Source of the DNA: a virus
Lineage: Duplodnaviria > Caudoviricetes
IMG/VR virus record: IMGVR_UViG_3300027721_000019
Span: 1-58,122 of that record
DNA: 58,122 bases
Strand: one strand, 5' to 3'
Positions 29,001 to 37,775 of this stretch are shown piece after piece. The position numbers and the translations under genes were made by a program. Numbering within the stretch: the stretch's first letter is position 1; each line of letters begins with the position of its first letter. Under the pieces are notes generated by a model. That model ran no database searches. It was not told where the DNA came from and saw only the letters and a list, made by a program, of their open reading frames with translations.

Positions 29001-30389
29001 AGCAATATAGTTAGCTATACCGGAGAAACGATTGTACCTTCAATATCTACTACATTTTACTATACAGATTCTTCCGTTTTAACTAGCCCTAATTCAGCTA
29101 CCTTAGTTTATCAGGGTATTAGTGCAATTGTAGGGTCACCTAGTAATGTAATTAGTTATACAGGAACAACTGATTATAACGTGATTTCAGGGGATAATGC
29201 AGTATGGAATATAACGTATAATGTAGAAATTACAGGTAATAATACAGTATGGAGTGTAATGTATAACGACTACAGTGTACTTTATGATGTTTATACTAAT
29301 GACGAAGATTTTAGTAGTATAGCAGTCGATGTTTATGACAGAGTGTGGTATTTAGATTCTAACACTAATAGTGTTAATATAATCCTTTCCGCTACACCTC
29401 TTGAAATTAATGCTACAGATAATATAAGAGCAATATCTATTATACCAAACAATTTTACAGGTTATTATGTTGACCCGAATAACAATTCTACGCTTACTAC
29501 AATAACAACATCTGAACAAAGATCTGCTCAAGCTGTTGGAGATTGGACAGGTAATAGATGGTACCAAAAATATATTAATATTAATACACTATCTTCAGTT
29601 GCTATCTCAGGAACATCAACTCCCTTCACAGTAGCTAATTTCGATAACCCTAATCAAATAAGACGTGTTAACGAGTCGTTTAATACTGCAGCTTATTATA
29701 AAGCTTTAGCTCTTCCTGAGAATCTTAATTCAAATACATTTTTATTTGATCAGTTTTTTGCAGCAGCAGTAGGTACAGGTACCTTAAGTGCTAGTGAAGA
29801 TTTAGGTCAAGTTGTGTATGAAAGAACAGCTAATTTTACTCAAAACCACTCTGATGTTGATACATGTTTAACAGACCGGTTATTAAATTTAGCAGAAACT
29901 GTTGATATATCTCCTTTTATTTACGCAACATACTATCCTTCTGATATAAAAAATATGTTAGATATAGCTTCTACACCGAAAGATAAACTTTGGGGAGTAG
30001 AAGATCAAATACCCTTAATGCCTGAAAGTGTAGGGCCGCAGTACGATACCTATAGTGATTATGTAACAGCAGGTACTAAAATAGTTCTACAAAGTAAGTT
30101 TGATTCAACTATTTCTATTGCTCAGGTTCCTCCTTTAAACAGTTTAACAGCATACCCTCTAACACAATATCTCGGATACGGTTTTATACAACCTGTATAT
30201 CAAAATTATAATATTTTTCAATTTGTACCTGTTTACAGCAACAGTTATATAAACAACATTATAGATTGGAATGCTGATCAAACTACTTTAGTACCAACAA
30301 ATTCTTCTTTTAATGCTTGGTACGGTGATAACGGTATTGTAGAAAATACCTTTAGATACTTGTTAACTAAGAATCTTTTTCTTAAATAA
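26031..30389 (+). CDS. giant baseplate/receptor-binding protein: PKD-like N-terminus, NHL/beta-propeller, small beta repeats, gpI/gp7-like C-terminal helix
   Basis: ANFTVSP...YNWD.G.G...YNYPGTYNISL (PKD); GIAVDPRD and LTIDINNNVWVANS (NHL); three V..(N/D/G)G.....Y(T)I units; DVDTCLTDRLLNLA. Confidence 0.6.
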   Translation: MIQANFTVSPSSGYVLATQYTVTNLTTSDSTIQQYNWDSGAGTTLYNVTNPIFTYNYPGTYNISLTARDYNGNTSTYSQSIVTDLYYRDYITFSQIPNSYANPGLPTDEPFEISVISSNPNSPLVVDLYAANSLSTPFEFVPSKWNFLTPTWYFTDINSNKIKSLVVPSTPVYVNGVVVAVSGTAKFYYVDSMSTGNPVDNCPLLITATLQTSGFSNPTDSNIYDYPSYANNASTKVGITWQVNDLIPTLLKVTNNYIDNINPNQYNGIRIPTLITYHGNRANVLSGSSNITSEVLFSYPASNNIGNISPIQLTLSGVPTTNFSLEQTPLYVQSTDKNGSVIGGYVFTTLTPLTAINSTTIVANTTAYSENVNGSSRIFPYPRGYVPNPSIWVSNPEQNVLNKITVTPYSNNCNTITNFKNSNALLDGYIKQASVPPITSTSTFNYNMSGFSGVYGIAVDPRDYSVVVTDAEADYLYRFTNAGVLTASYSFYNVDRYNPYQTTFIGQDFSITTPYLSGASYYLYNILTPSTNPNNYIVTLNGVVQIPGTYTITEDNNFNFTVSDPTPSIPSTLNVTEIYNTSLPSNYISSIQYWLSSSPTPATTFPLTGSPTLSADTNYYVTSIDGIIQSPTSYTIDITGSNVVFSQPVPSNSPVQVTFIPTLLSPQTLSYNFPYSTNKLSISGFTPFITDTYTTFFINVGGVFEGSLSYTVDIPNSQIILDSYLPPNTDIFVTYTPTLSTVNLPKAYTPSSVSLDSNYNIWVSLFNNIYVLKFDPNFNLLFKTSPASLLGITDASVYTGYTNVSTDFYREDFLLKPPVVETDRQNNCWATYAYSLCSLLVKYNGANGTPLTAIALPINSVPGALTIDINNNVWVANSYNTTSTTGNIQLYNGTTYTLMSSITGIPRPGELSLNRDGNLWFTHSTRGIGYINVTTGSVNLWYNDLNNTDLALTTYPPISTTLYYTNSSVLVSPNSATLVYQGVSAIVGSPSNIVSYTGETIVPSISTTFYYTDSSVLTSPNSATLVYQGISAIVGSPSNVISYTGTTDYNVISGDNAVWNITYNVEITGNNTVWSVMYNDYSVLYDVYTNDEDFSSIAVDVYDRVWYLDSNTNSVNIILSATPLEINATDNIRAISIIPNNFTGYYVDPNNNSTLTTITTSEQRSAQAVGDWTGNRWYQKYININTLSSVAISGTSTPFTVANFDNPNQIRRVNESFNTAAYYKALALPENLNSNTFLFDQFFAAAVGTGTLSASEDLGQVVYERTANFTQNHSDVDTCLTDRLLNLAETVDISPFIYATYYPSDIKNMLDIASTPKDKLWGVEDQIPLMPESVGPQYDTYSDYVTAGTKIVLQSKFDSTISIAQVPPLNSLTAYPLTQYLGYGFIQPVYQNYNIFQFVPVYSNSYINNIIDWNADQTTLVPTNSSFNAWYGDNGIVENTFRYLLTKNLFLK
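28900..29165 (+). repeat. 141-bp (47-aa period) tandem duplication inside 26031
   Basis: ISTTLYYTNSSVLVSPNSATLVYQGVSAIVGSPSNIVSYTG vs ISTTFYYTDSSVLTSPNSATLVYQGISAIVGSPSNVISYTG; copies start at 28900 and 29041. Confidence 0.9.
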
Positions 30390-30395
30390 TTTATA

Positions 30396-33300
30396 GTGAA
30401 CAAGGGTAACCAACAATCTTTAGAGAGGTACAGTAAACCGATTGCATTAACCGGTCTTAGTGATATTAATGCTCCTTACTCTTTTAAGGATTGGTATAAT
30501 GCTCATAAATCTATAACAGCAGGTCAGGAATATAACTTGTATAATAACTATCTTGTCGATTGGTTTAAGAATAAAAGTGTTCTACCCAACAGCACTACAT
30601 TAATTGTACAGCTAAATTATTTAGCGTTATTAAAGCAATTACAATTATTTTTTTCAAAAGAAGAAGCTGAAAATTGGTATAACAATGTTGATGTAACTGA
30701 TGAAAAAGAGTTGCTTCTTGCAATACCGTATTTTGCTAAAAAACTTAAAGAAATATCTCTTTATTATCTTCAATTAAGAAAAACAATAAAAGATACTAGA
30801 TTAAACTATAAACAGATAGGTACAAATTTTGGTATAACCCAACAGATACAAAATTATATACTTAACAATTATACTCAAAAATCAAATTCCTTAATAAGTT
30901 TACCTTCATCTCTTTGGAATAATGTACCCGCATTAAGCTCGATAAATGACACTATTAATATACAGATAGAAGAGCTGTATGATACACATAATTATTTTGA
31001 TCAAACCTCCACAGTACCTGTATCAACTTATTACGATTTAAATAATACTGATTTACAAAAATTTCTTACTACAAAAAATCTAGCATTAACATCTACTAGC
31101 TGGATTTACAATTTAGGGGTATATTCTTTATCTGCTGACCCGTTAACACAAATAGCTATTTTATCTGCTGATCCTGCTTTTCGTGAAATATTACAAAATA
31201 ATATTTTAACTCTAAATAATCAACTTGCTGAAACATATATCGGTCAAAATAAGTATACATCATCTCAATCAGCTGACGCTAAATTAGCTCAAGATTTTTA
31301 CTCTATAGAATTACAACAAGGTAATAATACATTTTACTGGCCTGATGCTATATACCCTGATAAGGCCCTGACTTACCCTCACTACAAACCTATACCTCTT
31401 ACCGATGTAGGGCTTGAAGGAATTGCAACAGGGGGCCCGAGTATTGAGTTAGCCGATACAATATTTGTTAAAACAGCGCCTGCGTCAAAAGGTGATCCTG
31501 ATAACGTTCAAGGAGCGTGGCTGTATAATCAAATATACAACTATACAAATCCTACCATGGAGGCTGTTTTACCTAGTTATAATAAAACAACCTTTATTTA
31601 CCCTTACCCCGGTTACGGGTTATCCGCTGAAGGTCTAAGCTGGACAGGTCCAGATGTTGTAACAACCTCGCAATTTAATTATCTCGATAACGACACCAAA
31701 AATAATATATTAGATGCGTATTGGTCCGCAAATATAACTCTCACAGCTACAACAAATAATTTAAATATTAATGATACTACTCTTGTTGATAATAAAGCAT
31801 ACTCGAGCACTATTCTTAATAATGCTGATCAAATAAAAATACGACAAGTACCTCCACTTTATAGTAACCAGCAACCTTATACAGACACTAGTGAAGGAGC
31901 TTGGCTTTATCAGTTTAAACAAACCGATATCTCTATAGCACAAAGTAACGATAATGTTATTATTTGGCCGTTTGAAAAAATAAATCCAGCTGTCGAACTA
32001 CCCACTTACTACCCGAGTAATTTTACTAACACTTGTTCTTCTATTTTAGTTCAATCTTTAAATACTCCTTTTGCAATAGCTAGTGACGCACTATCAAGTG
32101 CTGATGTTATTTACAAAATTAACAATTACAATGATACCAAAGATTTAGCTACAGAGTGTTGTTGGTTATCTTGTACAAATGTTAGTATAAATTTAACTAA
32201 CAATGTTAATATTAGTGCTAATACAATTAATCAGTCTACCTTTCAAGCTGTATTAAGCTCTGGAGGATATACACGATTCTTCTGGACAGGTCCAGATACA
32301 GATATTAATAGTGTATTTCCTAATATTAACCATCAACCTGATTGTAAATATGTAACAACCCCTAATACAACTTACCTTAATAGTGATTTATGTACTTGTG
32401 GACAGGTACTCTTTACACCCTTCGGTCACCCAGGAACAAAATATACTGATTATAGCTCTTTAGCCGATTTTATTATTGAGGATACCTTTTCCCCAGCTAG
32501 TATTGATATCAACACAACAACCAATACTGATATGTATTGGTATAATACTTCTAAAGAAATAGGTTGGGGTACAGGTAAATGGACTAATTCCTTAGGAAAT
32601 ATAGGAACCACATTAAAGCAAAATACACCTTACATATACTATCGTACTAATGTTAAATACCAAAATAATCAGACAGCATCATTGCCTGAGTTAGTTGTAC
32701 GATACAATTTACCTGCTTTATCTAGTGTACCTGACCCTGTATGGATACAGGCCACTAAAGATCAAAATAATAATTGGATTAGTAACGGACAAGTGTCGCA
32801 AATGATAATAGCCCCCGGAGATATATTATTATACACTCGAGCAAATTCTACACAATTTAACTTAAACGCTACTTATACAACACCTCAAGATATATCTTTA
32901 AACAAAGGCTCTATTTGGTCAAATTATGACTATATGTCTGTTGGAGTTAACTCCGTCGGAGCCTCTAAGTCAATTACTCTTAATTACCCTACCGTAACCC
33001 CAGGCTACACAACTACAGACCCGCAATACCCAACAACAAATTATAGTCAAATTTCAGCAATACTTAGGTGGACGTTATCCGATGGAACCTTAACGCAGAC
33101 ATTTAGCGGGATACCATCGCTAAACTTTACGCCTGATCCAAATTTAACTACCACTACATTCTATTCTGTAAGCGTAACTTACAGAACAACAAGAGCAGCA
33201 GGAGGTTCTATTGTAACGTTTTCTAATATACCGTCAATAACAGCTTTACCTGCAACATTACAAACACCTTCCGTTACTAGTTATAATGTTCCAGCTCCAG

Positions 33301-35489
33301 GATTTGTTTTAAATACGCCGCTTTACGGTTGGAATTATAGTACTGCAGCCCTTAGTAACAAAAACGATAATGTCAATTCAAATATTGGTGCTAGACCATA
33401 TTGGGGTAAAATATATAATTTAAAAGATGAAAATACAGAATATAAAGGTATTGAATCCTGGGGAACACCTTTACGCTTACTTGACAAATATAATATTATT
33501 ACCCAGCCTGAAATTTCCCCTATACAGTTAAAATCAGGAATTTACGTCGAGTATCTTAATAAAAGTAGTTTAGACTTCACATGGAAACAACCTATAAGTC
33601 TTGCCACATATGTAAATAGTAACACCTGGTGCACATTAAACGTTGACACAACATCTGTTTCCAATTTAAGCGCTCAACTTAATAATATTAATACACAGTT
33701 TGTGGTAACCCCTACTACCACACCTTCAAATATTGTATTACAAAATTTTGTCAATAATCAACCGTCACAAATATTTTATAATGCTATTACCAGTTTTACA
33801 TGGAATATAACAGCTACACCGGTTAACTCGTCAACAGTATATAATAGTGTAACTGCAAACCCTGCTATAAAAGCTTTAGCTCCTTGGGCTAATATATCTA
33901 ATCAACTCTATCCCACTGTAGCAACTCTTCAAGCTTTCGACGGTTTATATAGTTCAAGCGACAGTGGAGGTTATTTTATACCGAGTAATTTAGGTGTATC
34001 TGTATATACAAATCGGGATTATACAACATCTCTTGTTTTATCTTCAACAGCGCTTACTAATTACTTCGAAGATGTTAACAAGACAGTAGGTATAAGAGGT
34101 TTTAGTAAAACAGATGAAGATACACCTTATACAATAGCTATTGAAAATAATACCTGGTTAAAAGAAACAACACTTTCAAGCCCTATAGCAGGTAATATTA
34201 AAAAAGATGTATTCAAAAAACATCAAAAATTCTTACCGTATCAGTCCACGTATGAAACTACCCCTAGCAATAGCTTAGGAATCATATTGCCAAATTCGAG
34301 ACAAACTCCATGGGGAGGGTATCAAGATCAAGAATGGACTGATACAGCTAATAAACCAGATTCTTTTACAGGTACATATAATGTAAGTGCGTGGACAGGA
34401 GCTCAAGTTCTTAAACAAAATAGTTTACAACTGGACAATTGGGTAACCGATATTTTCGGGAATCAGTACGGTCTTTATAAAGATATTAAAAATGTATCTC
34501 CTATAAATCGTAAAAAAGTACCAGGAGATCTTTGGACCCGAAATAATTCTCAGTATGTTGCCCCTGCTACTACATCATTATCGTCAGTGATTAATATATA
34601 TACAGGTACTAATATTGTTAATGATTTAACTAGCGGTAACATTTTCAAAATAGATACATTCTTCGATATTCTTTATGTAGAGACATCTGGATGCACCATT
34701 TTTAACAAATTAAATTATGATTATAATACAGGAACAATTTCCAGTACACCAGATTTTGCGACAGGATTATCTTTAGCTATACCCGTTACCGGTAGTTTAG
34801 TTAGAGAGTTTAATAAAGTTAATTTAACAAACTATACGTATGCAATAATGGGCGATACATGGTTTTTTCCAAATAAAAATTTAGTTACCCTTTCTGTTTG
34901 CGGGCTCTCAGGCAACGTTTTAACTCCTGAGTTATATCAATATAATATTAAAACATACAATATTAGTAAAATATTCCCTCTTACCCAGACAGATATTAAC
35001 ACTATTAATAGCTTAAGCAGTCTTAACCTTTCATCTATTAACGCACCGACACTTTCATACAACGATTTAACATCTCAATATCTATTAACAGTATTTGGTA
35101 AAGATATTAATAATAATGATAACTTAATTGAAACTACTATAGACGATCTTAATATACCTGTTATAGATGTCATAACAGTGTATACTGCCGACGATGTATC
35201 AACAATAGTTGATCCGCCTGCTATTACACAATCACTTACAGTTACGTTAAGTACGAATACTTTTTTCGATTATACGTTTGTACCAAATATACCCAATGAT
35301 AAATTTGAAGCTTACTCAACCCCTAGCTGGATAAATTTTGTAAAAGAGTCTAGAGCATTTAATGCATTTAACGGAAATTTTTATGGCACTACACCATCAT
35401 TAACAGGTACTTACTATTCTCCATTTTATGTTGCTAACAATATAGGGTCTACCTATTACACACTTACAATAAACGTAACAAGCAGTTAA
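30396..35489 (+). CDS. giant virion structural protein (1697 aa), helical N-terminus then beta-rich
   Basis: Long Thr/Asn/Ser-rich ORF in the baseplate cluster; KQIGTNFGI...IQIEELYD; Ig-like C-terminus. Confidence 0.55.
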   Translation: MNKGNQQSLERYSKPIALTGLSDINAPYSFKDWYNAHKSITAGQEYNLYNNYLVDWFKNKSVLPNSTTLIVQLNYLALLKQLQLFFSKEEAENWYNNVDVTDEKELLLAIPYFAKKLKEISLYYLQLRKTIKDTRLNYKQIGTNFGITQQIQNYILNNYTQKSNSLISLPSSLWNNVPALSSINDTINIQIEELYDTHNYFDQTSTVPVSTYYDLNNTDLQKFLTTKNLALTSTSWIYNLGVYSLSADPLTQIAILSADPAFREILQNNILTLNNQLAETYIGQNKYTSSQSADAKLAQDFYSIELQQGNNTFYWPDAIYPDKALTYPHYKPIPLTDVGLEGIATGGPSIELADTIFVKTAPASKGDPDNVQGAWLYNQIYNYTNPTMEAVLPSYNKTTFIYPYPGYGLSAEGLSWTGPDVVTTSQFNYLDNDTKNNILDAYWSANITLTATTNNLNINDTTLVDNKAYSSTILNNADQIKIRQVPPLYSNQQPYTDTSEGAWLYQFKQTDISIAQSNDNVIIWPFEKINPAVELPTYYPSNFTNTCSSILVQSLNTPFAIASDALSSADVIYKINNYNDTKDLATECCWLSCTNVSINLTNNVNISANTINQSTFQAVLSSGGYTRFFWTGPDTDINSVFPNINHQPDCKYVTTPNTTYLNSDLCTCGQVLFTPFGHPGTKYTDYSSLADFIIEDTFSPASIDINTTTNTDMYWYNTSKEIGWGTGKWTNSLGNIGTTLKQNTPYIYYRTNVKYQNNQTASLPELVVRYNLPALSSVPDPVWIQATKDQNNNWISNGQVSQMIIAPGDILLYTRANSTQFNLNATYTTPQDISLNKGSIWSNYDYMSVGVNSVGASKSITLNYPTVTPGYTTTDPQYPTTNYSQISAILRWTLSDGTLTQTFSGIPSLNFTPDPNLTTTTFYSVSVTYRTTRAAGGSIVTFSNIPSITALPATLQTPSVTSYNVPAPGFVLNTPLYGWNYSTAALSNKNDNVNSNIGARPYWGKIYNLKDENTEYKGIESWGTPLRLLDKYNIITQPEISPIQLKSGIYVEYLNKSSLDFTWKQPISLATYVNSNTWCTLNVDTTSVSNLSAQLNNINTQFVVTPTTTPSNIVLQNFVNNQPSQIFYNAITSFTWNITATPVNSSTVYNSVTANPAIKALAPWANISNQLYPTVATLQAFDGLYSSSDSGGYFIPSNLGVSVYTNRDYTTSLVLSSTALTNYFEDVNKTVGIRGFSKTDEDTPYTIAIENNTWLKETTLSSPIAGNIKKDVFKKHQKFLPYQSTYETTPSNSLGIILPNSRQTPWGGYQDQEWTDTANKPDSFTGTYNVSAWTGAQVLKQNSLQLDNWVTDIFGNQYGLYKDIKNVSPINRKKVPGDLWTRNNSQYVAPATTSLSSVINIYTGTNIVNDLTSGNIFKIDTFFDILYVETSGCTIFNKLNYDYNTGTISSTPDFATGLSLAIPVTGSLVREFNKVNLTNYTYAIMGDTWFFPNKNLVTLSVCGLSGNVLTPELYQYNIKTYNISKIFPLTQTDINTINSLSSLNLSSINAPTLSYNDLTSQYLLTVFGKDINNNDNLIETTIDDLNIPVIDVITVYTADDVSTIVDPPAITQSLTVTLSTNTFFDYTFVPNIPNDKFEAYSTPSWINFVKESRAFNAFNGNFYGTTPSLTGTYYSPFYVANNIGSTYYTLTINVTSS

Positions 35490-35499
35490 TTATAATACA

Positions 35500-36837
35500 A
35501 TGGCCTTTAGTACTTCATTTCAAATTTCAAACTATCAAACTGTAGATTCTGATTTTATATGGGATCAAGATATACCATTAAGCTTACTACCTGTTACCAC
35601 TACTGCGACAGCTATAACAGGCTATGCACCAAATTTACAAGTAACATTTCAAAATAATTCTATATCCGATTTAAGCCCAACAAATACCGGGGATCCATTA
35701 GTTGCGTATAATTGGAATTTTGATGATTATTACAATATATCAACTAATACTACTACACTAACAAGTACTGACTCCGTTACTCATACCTATGTAATGCCAG
35801 GTACATATTACCCGATGCTTAATCATGTACAATCGACTATACAGGGCGTACAAAACCCGGTTAATCTTACAAAATTATGTTTAGGTGATTATAGTGAAAA
35901 CTGGTATTGGGACAACTTTAACTGTACAGCAACCCCTAAGGGTAATGCTAATTTAAATTTCATACAATGGGACGATTTAAAAAGTACTAGTTTATATCCA
36001 AAAACCTGGGACTCAAGTGATAAATGTTTACAAAAGTATTGTTTATCTTGGAGCTGGGGACTTTTACAATCCGATAGTAGTGACCCTGTTACATGGGCTC
36101 AGGCTAAAAGTACAGGAGAGTATTCTAAACTCTGGAAGTATGAACCTAACAACACTATATGCTCTCAATCTATAGCAAATAATAAAACTGTTTTACTTGT
36201 TCAGGAACAAACTATACAAAACACTTGCTCTATTACCGTTTTAGAAAAACCGCCTGTTGCAGGAATGTATTGTGTTACACCTCCACCTCTAACTGCTATT
36301 AATCAATTAACTGTACAGCTTACACCTCGTACAACTATAACAGGGTCTTTTCCTATAGATAAAATAGTATGGGATCTAGGAGACGGAACACCAACTATAA
36401 CGGTATCGAGATATTCAACACCCGTTAATTCGAAGCTTATAGCGACAAATGTATTTTCATCCGATTCAGATGATGTACGTAACTACGATATAATTCATAC
36501 TTATTACCGTAATAGTAAGAGCACCTACCCTGTTTTTTACCCGTCATTAACTTGTTATAGTGCTAATACTAATACATCTGATTCTTGTTGTTTAACAATA
36601 GGCCCTATTACATTATCATCAACACCAAACGTTACACATCTTTTAAAGACAAAAAATACAACTTCAGGTAATTTGTATGTTTTTGGTATAAATGATAGTG
36701 TGTCTTTTACAACAAATGCTGAATTAACAGGTTCTAATGTATTACCAACATCTAATATACCGCCATCAACATTAAAAAGCTCTCTAAGTTCTACTGTTTT
36801 TTATACAGGTAACCCTGGTAGTACCTACCTTGGTTAA
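35500..36837 (+). CDS. PKD-domain virion protein with Trp/Cys-rich insert
   Basis: GYAPNLQVTF...YNWNFDD...THTYVMPGTY and KIVWDLGDGT PKD-like motifs. Confidence 0.55.
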   Translation: MAFSTSFQISNYQTVDSDFIWDQDIPLSLLPVTTTATAITGYAPNLQVTFQNNSISDLSPTNTGDPLVAYNWNFDDYYNISTNTTTLTSTDSVTHTYVMPGTYYPMLNHVQSTIQGVQNPVNLTKLCLGDYSENWYWDNFNCTATPKGNANLNFIQWDDLKSTSLYPKTWDSSDKCLQKYCLSWSWGLLQSDSSDPVTWAQAKSTGEYSKLWKYEPNNTICSQSIANNKTVLLVQEQTIQNTCSITVLEKPPVAGMYCVTPPPLTAINQLTVQLTPRTTITGSFPIDKIVWDLGDGTPTITVSRYSTPVNSKLIATNVFSSDSDDVRNYDIIHTYYRNSKSTYPVFYPSLTCYSANTNTSDSCCLTIGPITLSSTPNVTHLLKTKNTTSGNLYVFGINDSVSFTTNAELTGSNVLPTSNIPPSTLKSSLSSTVFYTGNPGSTYLG

Positions 36838-36859
36838 TTTTATAATTAAATAATCAATA

Positions 36860-37774
36860 ATGGCTAATGTTGTTTATAAGTCTCTTTCAAATCTTTCACC
36901 TATAGAGTTACAATATAACTACTATAGTAACGAAAAGCTTGCTACTACTACTAACGCTTTTAAAAACGGGTATGAGGTCGCTACTCTGCAGGGATTAATT
37001 AACTATCAGGATGTAGCTATTAATAAAAGCTCTTGTTTCGTACTAACTTCAACAGTAAATTTAAGTGCAATTTTTACACCTTTAAATTCGCTTAATATAG
37101 GGGATTTACCTGCAGCTGTGTTATTACAGCCTAGATTTTCAGAAACACAATTTATCACTTACGATACAAACACTTTTGAACTTAGTTTGAGTAGTGGTTC
37201 ATCAATATTTAATATTTCTCCAATACCAGGTACCTCCCAAGTTGAACTATTTGTTGATGGTAAATATTTACAAGTCGGTAAAACGTATCCTTATAATGCT
37301 TTATTAAGCGATGTCACACTACCGACTAGAGATATTAATAGACAAAGATTTAATGTAGTATATCAAAATAATACAATATCGTTTTATACATTAACTGATT
37401 CAGGTCATCGTTACCTCTCTTTTAATAATTTTGATTATACATTAAGAGCAACAGGGTTATTACTCAATAATGGTATATATAACGATTACGTTTTTAATTG
37501 TATACCTGTTACTAGTATTACTCAGCAACAAGGTTTTACCCCCACTAATGATTGGGTAACATATTATTTTGATGCTATAGCAAGAACAGAAAATAAAACC
37601 GTTACTGTAAATAAAGATTACGATACCCCTACTAATTTTTTAATAGATTTTTCTGTTGATTCGGCAATTAAAACCGGAGTAGCAAATATTAATATAGCTA
37701 ATCTAAAGACGAATTTAACACCGACAGGTGGACCAGCGTCGCATGATAACACCTACGATAAAACACTTATTTAA
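36860..37774 (+). CDS. hypothetical virion structural protein
   Basis: 304-aa beta-rich ORF within the structural cluster. Confidence 0.55.
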   Translation: MANVVYKSLSNLSPIELQYNYYSNEKLATTTNAFKNGYEVATLQGLINYQDVAINKSSCFVLTSTVNLSAIFTPLNSLNIGDLPAAVLLQPRFSETQFITYDTNTFELSLSSGSSIFNISPIPGTSQVELFVDGKYLQVGKTYPYNALLSDVTLPTRDINRQRFNVVYQNNTISFYTLTDSGHRYLSFNNFDYTLRATGLLLNNGIYNDYVFNCIPVTSITQQQGFTPTNDWVTYYFDAIARTENKTVTVNKDYDTPTNFLIDFSVDSAIKTGVANINIANLKTNLTPTGGPASHDNTYDKTLI

Positions 37775-37775
37775 T

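Noticed and set aside
28900-29165. Duplicated segment as a DGR template/variable repeat pair
   Set aside because: Both copies are adjacent and in frame, differences are not adenine-specific, and no reverse transcriptase is in the window
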